This document shows, in pieces, positions 18,877 through 28,600 of a stretch of DNA of 64,000 nt. Location: the IMG/VR virus record IMGVR_UViG_3300027833_000011, one strand, 5' to 3'. The notes under the pieces were generated by a model that saw nothing but the letters and a program-made list of their open reading frames with translations, was not told where the DNA came from and searched no databases. How positions within the stretch are numbered: the first letter of the stretch is position 1; every line of letters begins with the position of its first letter. The stretch comes from a virus (Duplodnaviria; Caudoviricetes). Position numbers and translations under genes: made by a program.

Positions 18877-18883
18877 TATTTAT
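18877..18883 (+). promoter_or_regulatory. Putative late-gene motif TATTTAT (tape measure)
   Basis: Upstream of ATG 18902. Confidence 0.6.
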
Positions 18884-18901
18884 AGTTATACTTAATACCA
18901 A

Positions 18902-20737
18902 ATGAATTTTAAAGACTTACTTGCTGACTTAAATATAACAGACCCTCAAGGTAAAGATAAACTGAATAGATATATTACTCAGGTTACTGAGGAGGCCACT
19001 AAAAAATCTAATAACAGTATGAGCAGTAGTGGCTCTGCGTTGGACGGGGTTAGTAACTATATAACAGGATTAGGTCAAGTTAATGCTTCTGCGATAACTT
19101 TTGATAGAAACATATTACAGTTAACTGATGATGTTATAGATTTTGGTAAGGCACTGGTTAGTATGGATTTTGGTAAAATTATGACCAGCTTAAGTACTGT
19201 CGCTAAACCAATAATTGCACTCGATGGTGCACTTAGAAAACAAGTAAATGTTAGTCTTGGATTAACAGGTGGATTAGCTAGAGACCTTAGAACCGACATG
19301 ATTGAGGTTGCTGAGGAGACTACAAAATATGGTATTGAAATAGAAGATGTTGCTGCGGCATATTCATCTTTTATAACCGACTTAGGACTTGCGGTTCCTA
19401 TCAGTAGGGATGTTGCTGAAGGATTGATGTTACAATCCAAAGCCGTAGGGTTGAGCGCAACTCAAGCAGGTTCTTTCTTAGCTACCTTAACAAATTTTGG
19501 GGTTGGTTTAGAAAAAGGACCTGAAACACTCAAAGAAATGGCTTCAACTGCGAGGTCAATGGGATTGTCTACCAACAAATTTATGAACTTTGCCACTACA
19601 AATTTAAAGATGATAAACACTTTAGGTTTCAGCAAGGGAATTAGAGGGTTCACTCAGATAGCCGCAAAGGCGTCCTCTATTGGTTACGACCTTGCTAGTG
19701 CACAGACTGCCGCTGAGAAACTTTTTGACATTGACGGTGCGGTTGAAATGGCGGCACAGTTAAATGTGTTGGGTGGTGATTTTGGTAAGTTAGGTAATGC
19801 TATTGATTTAATGTTCTCACCAACGAACGATATGGAAGGGTTTACTAATTCATTAATGGACGCGACTAAACAGTTTGTTTCTTTTAATTCTGAGAAAAAC
19901 ACATTCGACGTTAGTCCTTTAGATTTAAGACGAGCTCGTGAATTTGCTAAAGTAACAGGAATGAGTATAGAAGAAGTTATACGAAGTGGTAAGAGATTGG
20001 CGAAGATGGATATGATAAAGGATAAAATATCTTTCTTACCAGACTTATCCGAAGACGAAAGAACACTGATTGGAAATTTAGGTTCTATAAGTGATAGTGG
20101 TGAGGTTACCTTAAAAGGTAAAGTTGTTAGTGAAATGGGAAGTGTAGAACTTACAAATACACTTAGGTCTTTAAAACAAGAAGATAAGAAAAAAGCAATG
20201 ACTGAGAAAGAGATACTAAACGAACAGTTAAATATGTTTAGTAAATCGGTTTATTATTTAAAAGCAATTGCCTTACAGGTTACAGGTGCTGGAGACGGTG
20301 GTGGTGCCTTTACTGCGGTTGGGGATGATTTGAACGACTTGGTATATGATATGGTTAAAGACGATACTAAGAGAGAGGCTATGTTAGATAGTTTTATGAC
20401 GATGTTCGCCAAAAACGACATTAGAGGTATTGAAGCAAGTTTAGCTGCAAATGCTACTACATCTGACCAAAAAATTGCGGTACAAGGGATTAAAGACAAG
20501 ATGGCGTTGTATATGAAAGAATATCAAAATGTGATGGGGGTGTCTGCAAAGAATAGTGGTATCTCAGGCGTTGGTAGTTCTTTGAAAGGGAATGTTGATG
20601 TCAAGCTTAGTCCAACGACAAACGTTAGTGTTACAATCGATGGTCAATTAGCGGAAAATTTCACTAGTGGAGAAAGAAAAATACTTAAAAATTATGCTGC
20701 GAAAGTGGTTGTTGAAAACCCGACACCAAAAAGATAA
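18902..20737 (+). CDS. Tape measure protein
   Basis: Ala/Gly/Leu-rich helical 611 aa protein in the canonical position after the tube and chaperone genes. Confidence 0.75.
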   Translation: MNFKDLLADLNITDPQGKDKLNRYITQVTEEATKKSNNSMSSSGSALDGVSNYITGLGQVNASAITFDRNILQLTDDVIDFGKALVSMDFGKIMTSLSTVAKPIIALDGALRKQVNVSLGLTGGLARDLRTDMIEVAEETTKYGIEIEDVAAAYSSFITDLGLAVPISRDVAEGLMLQSKAVGLSATQAGSFLATLTNFGVGLEKGPETLKEMASTARSMGLSTNKFMNFATTNLKMINTLGFSKGIRGFTQIAAKASSIGYDLASAQTAAEKLFDIDGAVEMAAQLNVLGGDFGKLGNAIDLMFSPTNDMEGFTNSLMDATKQFVSFNSEKNTFDVSPLDLRRAREFAKVTGMSIEEVIRSGKRLAKMDMIKDKISFLPDLSEDERTLIGNLGSISDSGEVTLKGKVVSEMGSVELTNTLRSLKQEDKKKAMTEKEILNEQLNMFSKSVYYLKAIALQVTGAGDGGGAFTAVGDDLNDLVYDMVKDDTKREAMLDSFMTMFAKNDIRGIEASLAANATTSDQKIAVQGIKDKMALYMKEYQNVMGVSAKNSGISGVGSSLKGNVDVKLSPTTNVSVTIDGQLAENFTSGERKILKNYAAKVVVENPTPKR

Positions 20738-20772
20738 AAACAAAAAATAATTAAGAATACTATATATAATAT

Positions 20773-23700
20773 ATGTCTAATTTAAATTTTACAAATACTG
20801 AGATATTAAGAAACAGTTTACTTAGTAGGAATCTAGATGATTCTTATGGGTTTAGTACTCCTTTGCCTAATACTTTCACTGATTCCACATATGGAATACA
20901 AGGAACTTCAGACCTATCAGTAAATGACCAATTGGGTGTTAGTGAAACGGCAGAACCAATTATAGACACTATAGGTGTTTTAAATCAGTATGGTCCTGAA
21001 CAATATAGTATAACAAGTATTCAAACGGTAATTAGTAGTATTGGTAGTCAATTGGACTACTTACAGAGTTTTGTTCCTTCACCGAGTAGAGGTAGTTTAG
21101 GGTTAATTTCAATATTAACAGGTGATGATAATGGTGAGGGGGATACAGAAATGGTTTCTATAGCACGTGCCCAACTTAGGGGTATGGCATTGGAAACAAT
21201 GGGTGTTAAGTTACGAGAATCCACATTAGGGAGAATTAATGCGTTAGACGCAATTAATGACCCAACGGCTTTAGACGGGTTACTGACGGGTAGAGAAAAA
21301 ATAATTGAAAGAGATTACCAGATTACAGTTCCCGGTAATCCAATAACAAGAGCGGCTGAATATTTTGCAAGAGTTTCGGGGACACAGTTACCCGTTTCTT
21401 ATATTCCTGGTGAGTTCTTTGAAGAAAATATTGAAAAAGGTAAAGTTGAAGGGTTCTTAGACAAAGCGGGTAATGCGATTGGTCAAGTATTAAATTTAGA
21501 CTTTAACAGTCACAAAAAAACATATAGTCAAAAACTATTACAATATACTTCGGGTGGTCAAAAATCAAGACTATTTAAATCCGTAAATTATAACAAATAT
21601 AAACCAAACTTTGATAGTAGTGTTGGGGGTGTTTTAAACAATGTTGTTGGGTTTGTCCAAGGACTTGTAGGGTTAGACCCTTCAGATGGGTCTTTTTACG
21701 TTGGTTCGCCAGACTCAGACCCAGGAACAATCTTTAACTATGATAGTCAAAGTAACACACAAAAAGGGTTTATTGTTTCAGGACCGTCTAAGATGGTTAA
21801 AATGTTTGAGGGTGATATACCATTAAACACATACCCACAGAGTGGTAGAAAGTACTTAAACGGTACTAGACCAAGAAACACAGAAACCGATTTCATTTGG
21901 ATTGGTGATGGTAATGACATACCAAGAGGAACGATAGATGGTGTTGCCGTACAATCAAACGAGAAAACCATTAAAGAAGATACTCTTTTAGGGTTCACAG
22001 AAAAAATGGTTCAAGACGCATCCGCATTAGAGGGTGAGGCAAGATTAAAACATCCCGGTACTGTTATAAGTAACGTGGCCTACAAATATCATGATGGGTA
22101 CAAAATAATATCCAAAGGTAGTGGGGTTATAGGTGAGGATGATGACTTCTGTCGTGTATGGACTAAAGATTACGGATATGACCGTTATGGAAGGTTGGTT
22201 AGACATAAAGGAATACAAAATAATCAGAGAAGGGTTCCAGGGTCTGTAATTAGGTCACAAATGATGTTAAATATTGCACCAACTAAAGATAATAATGGTG
22301 ACAACATAAACTTTGGAACAGATAAAGAAGGTAATAACCTAACTAAGTATATGTTCTCAATTGAGAATTTAGCGTGGGTTGGTTCTGACAAATTAAAAGA
22401 CAGACCAATATGTGAACAAGGACCGAATGATGGTAGAATTATGTGGTTCCCACCATATGATTTAAAATATACTGATGATAATAGAGCAAGTTGGACTTCA
22501 CATACGTTCTTAGGTAGACCTGAACCTGTATACACATATAATAATTCAGAAAGAAGTGGTACCATCAACTTTAAAGTTGTTGTTGACCACCCTTCAATTG
22601 TTAATTTACTAAGAAAAAAATTAGAGAAGAATATACCTGTAGAGAAACAAGAGGAGATAATGACCGCTTTCTTTGCTGGTTGTAAAGATTATGATATTTA
22701 CGAATTAGCGAGTGAGTTTAGTTCACTATCAATGAACGATGTTGAAAGGCTTGACGACTATTTAAAATTAAAAGGGGATTTAAAGTCTGACGTAAAAGAT
22801 GGAGAAAAAGTAGTTGCTGAACCAGAAACAACGGTGACACCCATCAAGTCTATTTTCGAAACAAAATATGGTGCTAAAACGAAAGACATTCAACTATATT
22901 GGTTTAATGATGTACCAGGACCAAACACAACGGCAGATAAGACACCTAATTCTGCGTTTGATGATGACCTTAATGGGTATATTGAAAGGTTTGACGTACC
23001 TCAAGGGGAGGACAGTGATTATCAAAAAAAGGTTAACGAACTTACAGACGACGATTTATTTGAAGGCGATGTTAATTGGGGGGAAAATGAATTGTTGGTT
23101 TTTAAAGGTATTTTAGACAATATTAAAACGGTTGTTGAAGAACTAAAGACAACGGTTAATCAAACCCTTACCCAAGAAGACGACAAAGAGGATACGTTTA
23201 GTTTTGAAATAAAAATAAAAGCAACCACATCGGCAGTTGCTACACAGGCATATAACAATGCGTTAGCAAGTAGAAGAGCAGAATCACTTAAGAAATATTT
23301 GTTAGGTGATATAGACCAAAAAAGAATTAAAATAGTAATAGAGTCAACAGGTGAAAACCCTGATTTCCAAGGTTTAAATTGTACTAAATTACAAAACACA
23401 ACTAAAGGTAAAATATATTCAAAATCGGCAACCTATTGTCGTACTGCAACATCTACTATTACCGTATTAGGTGAACCAACAATAACAGAGTACAAGGAGG
23501 GAAAAACAGAACCAACATACAAGAAAGCAATAGATAAATTAGAAAAAAATCCTGAGAATAACGACGGTTGGGACTTAATATTAAAAACAATCCATTCTGA
23601 ATGTGATTACTTTTTAGAATTAAAAGAAACGGACCCATTGGTGTTTGGAAGTTTAGTGGAGAAGTTAAAATACTTCCAACCAGGGTTTCACTCAACAACA

Positions 23701-25365
23701 CCAGAAGGTCTAAACTCACGATTAACCTTTTTACAACAATGTTTAAGACCTGGTGAAACAATAAAAGTTTTCGATGAAAACAAAAATGAAGTTACAGACT
23801 TATCATCAAATAGTGCGTTTGGTAAACCACCTATTTGTGTGTTAAGAATTGGGGACTTTTTCCATACCAAAATGGTTGTTGATAATGTCAACTTTTCGTA
23901 TGATGACGCATTATGGGATATGAACCCTGAGGGTATTGGGTTGCAACCAATGATAGCGTCTGTTAATATGGGAGTTAAGTTTATTGGCGGTCACGGTATT
24001 AGTGGTGCAGTTAACGAATTACAAAACGCACTATCATTTAATTATTACGCAAACACAGAGGTTTATGACTGGATGTCAACTGAGACTGATGGTGGTAGAG
24101 ACCCTAAAAAGGTTGAAGAAATTCAAAACGCGTACAAAGATAGAATGACTAAACAATTGTCGGATAATTTAAACAACACAGAACTGTCAAAAGACGATGA
24201 CGAATATTGGGGTAATTTAATGGAAAGTGACAATGAAAATATTACATATAATCAGTTTTATAACAATTTTGCTGAGAGTCTTAATGATTACGCAAATGAG
24301 TTAATTACTCAAACGAAAAATGTATACGACAAATTTGGTAACTCTGCGGTACGACTACTTTACGAAAAAGAAAAAAGATGGAATATAAAATCCGTTACAA
24401 AATATAGTACAACCGATAGTGTTGAAATAGGGTATATTGGTAGAGATGAATATGATTACAATGATGCATATGACAAACTGTTATTTATTATTAAATCGGT
24501 GGTTGATAACGTAAATGAAAACTGGGATGTAATATATATTGAATTAAAGAAAACGATAAACTTCAACGAAGAGAAAAACGAAGAATTTATAAAAATAAAT
24601 AAACACTTATTAAAAGAGGTTAAAAATAAATTTTCAGATTTTGGAATACAAATACAGGATTCGATAAGTGCGGTACATAACAAACAGAAATCGTTACAAG
24701 AGTCGTTAGATGCTTTTAATATTATCTTAGGGGATGAAATTGATGGGTATAAAGATAAAGATGGAGAGTATGTTGTAAAATACCTTAATAATTTGACACA
24801 GGATAACGGAGACTTATCGGGTGATTTTGAAGCGGCGTTAAATAAAGCAAAAAAACTTTATGACGATTATGTGGATACATTATCTAATGATGTTAAAGAT
24901 TATGAAATAAGTACTAAAACTGACTTAACTGACAGAGGTACAGGCGACACATTAAACGCGGCTATTTATTATTACAATGAATTACTACCTTTATTTTTAA
25001 ATGATGGTATACTTGATATTGACGAACAAATCAAAAACAATGTAGAGTTTGATAGACGTATAAGAAGAAAATTCGCAGAACAGTTAGTGATTATAAAAAA
25101 TAAAAACGTTAAGACGGTTAATATTGATAGTGTTATTTGGGAAAACGTTGTTAAAACAAACCAAGTTTATGACTTTAGGTTAACCGATTCTATTGACCCG
25201 TCAAATAGTGATATATTAAAAGATTACTATACACAAGTTAATCCTAATAAAGAGGATTCTAAGGGAATATGGAACCCATTTACAATACCTAGTATCGGTG
25301 CTCCGGATTCTGCGGTACTTTATTTCCCGCCTAACCAATTTAGTAATGACCCTCAATTAGCCTAA
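20773..25365 (+). CDS. Large baseplate / tail-tube initiator protein (gp48/gp54- or P2 gpU-like) with an internal OmpA-like domain
   Basis: WFPPYDLKYTD..SW...FLGRPEPVYTYNNSERSGTINFKVVVD and GKPPICVLRIGDFF...QPMIASVNMGVKFIG flank AYNNALASRRAESLKKYL. Confidence 0.65.
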   Translation: MSNLNFTNTEILRNSLLSRNLDDSYGFSTPLPNTFTDSTYGIQGTSDLSVNDQLGVSETAEPIIDTIGVLNQYGPEQYSITSIQTVISSIGSQLDYLQSFVPSPSRGSLGLISILTGDDNGEGDTEMVSIARAQLRGMALETMGVKLRESTLGRINALDAINDPTALDGLLTGREKIIERDYQITVPGNPITRAAEYFARVSGTQLPVSYIPGEFFEENIEKGKVEGFLDKAGNAIGQVLNLDFNSHKKTYSQKLLQYTSGGQKSRLFKSVNYNKYKPNFDSSVGGVLNNVVGFVQGLVGLDPSDGSFYVGSPDSDPGTIFNYDSQSNTQKGFIVSGPSKMVKMFEGDIPLNTYPQSGRKYLNGTRPRNTETDFIWIGDGNDIPRGTIDGVAVQSNEKTIKEDTLLGFTEKMVQDASALEGEARLKHPGTVISNVAYKYHDGYKIISKGSGVIGEDDDFCRVWTKDYGYDRYGRLVRHKGIQNNQRRVPGSVIRSQMMLNIAPTKDNNGDNINFGTDKEGNNLTKYMFSIENLAWVGSDKLKDRPICEQGPNDGRIMWFPPYDLKYTDDNRASWTSHTFLGRPEPVYTYNNSERSGTINFKVVVDHPSIVNLLRKKLEKNIPVEKQEEIMTAFFAGCKDYDIYELASEFSSLSMNDVERLDDYLKLKGDLKSDVKDGEKVVAEPETTVTPIKSIFETKYGAKTKDIQLYWFNDVPGPNTTADKTPNSAFDDDLNGYIERFDVPQGEDSDYQKKVNELTDDDLFEGDVNWGENELLVFKGILDNIKTVVEELKTTVNQTLTQEDDKEDTFSFEIKIKATTSAVATQAYNNALASRRAESLKKYLLGDIDQKRIKIVIESTGENPDFQGLNCTKLQNTTKGKIYSKSATYCRTATSTITVLGEPTITEYKEGKTEPTYKKAIDKLEKNPENNDGWDLILKTIHSECDYFLELKETDPLVFGSLVEKLKYFQPGFHSTTPEGLNSRLTFLQQCLRPGETIKVFDENKNEVTDLSSNSAFGKPPICVLRIGDFFHTKMVVDNVNFSYDDALWDMNPEGIGLQPMIASVNMGVKFIGGHGISGAVNELQNALSFNYYANTEVYDWMSTETDGGRDPKKVEEIQNAYKDRMTKQLSDNLNNTELSKDDDEYWGNLMESDNENITYNQFYNNFAESLNDYANELITQTKNVYDKFGNSAVRLLYEKEKRWNIKSVTKYSTTDSVEIGYIGRDEYDYNDAYDKLLFIIKSVVDNVNENWDVIYIELKKTINFNEEKNEEFIKINKHLLKEVKNKFSDFGIQIQDSISAVHNKQKSLQESLDAFNIILGDEIDGYKDKDGEYVVKYLNNLTQDNGDLSGDFEAALNKAKKLYDDYVDTLSNDVKDYEISTKTDLTDRGTGDTLNAAIYYYNELLPLFLNDGILDIDEQIKNNVEFDRRIRRKFAEQLVIIKNKNVKTVNIDSVIWENVVKTNQVYDFRLTDSIDPSNSDILKDYYTQVNPNKEDSKGIWNPFTIPSIGAPDSAVLYFPPNQFSNDPQLA

Positions 25366-25370
25366 AAATT

Positions 25371-25688
25371 ATGCAGTACTACGATAGATATTCTGAATTT
25401 CATTTTAACGGAGAACACAAAGTTGTTCCTGCGATTATTTTAAATAAAAAAGGTTCTGATGTTGTTGTTACCTATAAAAAGGGTGTTTCAAGATTAGATA
25501 AATTCTCACAACAATATTACGGAACACCGTTCTTTAATTGGTTAATATTACAAGCAAACCCAAAATATGGAGGTTTAGAGTGGAATATTCCGGATGGTGA
25601 TACTATAATTATACCATTCCCTTTGGTCCCAACTTTAGAAGAGTATAAGACAAAGGTAGACGAATATTACTACTACTATGGCAGATAA
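25371..25688 (+). CDS. LysM-like baseplate protein (T4 gp53 / P2 gpX-like)
   Basis: RLDKFSQQYYGTPFFNWLILQANP...IPDGDTIIIP. Confidence 0.75.
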   Translation: MQYYDRYSEFHFNGEHKVVPAIILNKKGSDVVVTYKKGVSRLDKFSQQYYGTPFFNWLILQANPKYGGLEWNIPDGDTIIIPFPLVPTLEEYKTKVDEYYYYYGR

Positions 25689-28600
25689 AATACAGAAAGG
25701 TAATATCTTTGTTCAGAAAGAGGAGAACAACTTAGTCATTATAGACCCGAATAAAGTACATACGGGTGGTAAGACAGGTGCGCCTGTTGACAGGTACGTA
25801 CCTCAAGAAGATTTAGTTTATTTTGTTAACTTAGAAGCTAACCCTGTACCACGTAGTATTTTAGATATTGGTGGGAACGAAGAAACGGTTAGGAACGTGG
25901 TTGCCTATGGTAAGGTAAACTACTTAGGACCAAACGGTGGTAAACCAATGGACACTTCATGGACCGAAGATTTTTCGGGTAAAACAAATAGTAAAACTGC
26001 GATATCAGATACTAAGAGAGAATATTATACGGGTAATGTTGATTACGATTTCCAAATGGAGAATCAATATAATACTCAGTTATTGGGTATTAAAGATATT
26101 AAGATTGATACTAAACCCGACAATTTAAAAACCTCAATCATTACGATTAGAATGGTTGACGTTAGGGGACGTGCTTTATTTGATAAAGGACCTTCTTCGA
26201 TTTACTCAACATTTTTTCATTTACCATATCCACAGTTTTATTTAACGGTTAAAGGTTATTATGGTGAAGCGATAACATATCAAATGGTATTATCGGGACA
26301 AGTGAAAACTTCGTTTGAGAGTGATGGTGATTATTATGTCACTGCATCATTTATGGCGACAAACCAAAAATTATTAAATGATATTCGATTAAAGGATGCC
26401 GAAGTGGCCCCTTATCTTTTTGAATATGTAAAACCAAAGACAGATGCTGATGGGGAGGTTAAAACCTGTAAATCAACCAAAGGATTCGACATACTAAATC
26501 AAATATATCTTAATTACGGTAAAGATAATTTAATTAGTGAAAAGTTGGCTAAAAAACCATTAACATTACCACAGTTAAGTAAGTTAGTTAAAAGGTTAGA
26601 TACATTCTTAGAGGATGATTTAATGGACGAAGCGGATATTAGTTTTTTCTCTGACATATCGGAGTATGGTAAAGTATTATCACAATTAAACACTGCGGTT
26701 ATTGAGTGGTTTAGTAAATTCTGTAACGTAAACAATCCAATACCTATTGATGACGATAAAGGAGGTCAATACTTTGAATTTAAAAAGGCGTATCAGGGTG
26801 GGATTCTAAAAACAAAAGTAGGGGATAAGGTAACAGGTTCGTTTAATATCCTTGAAAACAAAGAATATAACCAATCGATATATACGATTATAGACGGATA
26901 CCTTAAAAGGTTAAGTGAGATTAAGTATTTTGGTAAACATCAAAAACTTGTGTTAAAAACTGATGAAAAGGGAGGTATGAATGAAATCACATATACCTCA
27001 ATAAACACATCTAAATTAAATCATTCGTTATTGATTTATAATTTTAAGAAAAAACAAGTAAGAATTGATTTGTTTATTGATGAGTTAGAAAAAGTAATTA
27101 ACACATATACTCGTGAATACGAACAGATTAAAGACCAAGTCGAAGAGGTTTTAAGTAATGTACAAAACAATTACTTAGGGTTTGAACCTACACTTAAAAA
27201 CGTGATGGGAGTTATATTAGCAAACACAGAAGCATTTTTAAAGGTTATGAAATATACTCACGACCTGTCTTATAAGCAAAGGTTTAATGGAGACAGAAAA
27301 AAGGGTATTGATATGAAAGATAATCCCGATTCTGTTAATGACATAGTCTATCCGTTTCCTACGATATATGATAAAAACAAAGAGGGTAGATTAGAGGAGT
27401 ATTATCCTGGTGACCCTGCGGTTAAGAGTAAATTAAAGGGTTACGACACTGCGACATGGCCTGAAGTTAAATTGGTTGAAGAGTATCTTTCAGCATCAAC
27501 AACGAACGGGGCTATATCATCAGAATTTTGTGATACCGCAACGACTGACAAAACATCTAAGGTCTCGGATAAAGTGAGATATGGTGTTTTAACTAAGGAT
27601 TTAACCGATAATGAGGGGGCGTTTAACGAGTCATCATTTTCAGGTTTAATATATGGATTATATAATAGAGCAATTTATTCTGTATTAGGTACAGGGTTTT
27701 CTAAAAAGACTATTGATATTATTGGTTACGAAGATGCTAATAATGGTAAATACTCTATCAATCGACTACTTAACGGTAAGAACTTATTTAAGGATGGGGT
27801 AACTAATTTAAACGCATTGTTTGGTGGAGGTTATTTGGGTAAAGATATCCAACTAATAGAAACCGCTAAGAGTTTAATACTTACAAAATCCACTGAGAAA
27901 GATATAGAAGACCGTAATAGTTTTACGGTAATTGACACAATTGTTGATGAAACCGTTGTTAAGATAAGTCCTTTTGCAAATGCGGGGGACGTTTTAATGG
28001 AGGAGGTTAAAAAATACGAAACACACGGATTAGAGCCTTATCCATATACTAATGACGAATGGTGTAAAGACAATTTAAAAATTAACAAAACAAATAAGTT
28101 TAACAGAAAGGTTAGTACCACATATACGGAAAGTTTAAGGTATACGGTATCTAACTCGAACAAAGATGTTACAAAAGAAGATTTATTTCTTAGTTCAGAT
28201 ATAAATCCGTTACAAACACCTAATTTTGTTACAACAGACTCGGATATATCAAAAGCCTATTGGTTATTAAATACGATACCAACTAAGTCGATGACTGACA
28301 TTTACGAAGGTGAGGATTCGCTTAAACAAAACTACTTCGCAAGATTTTTAGGTGGGGACATAAAAGAGGTCTCTAATGTACAATTATTGAAGTGGGGGTC
28401 TATGTGGTATAGATATACACATCAACTCGAAACTAATGAAGATATCTTAGATAATGTTTGGGGTGATTTAGACATTAGTGGGTATAGTCAAAACCTATAT
28501 GATATTAAAGGAAACAGTAATGGAGTTGACACCTTTTTTAATTATGATATAACAAGTGAGAATATCTCTTTAGGGTTTTACCCTGAGTTGATAATTGACA

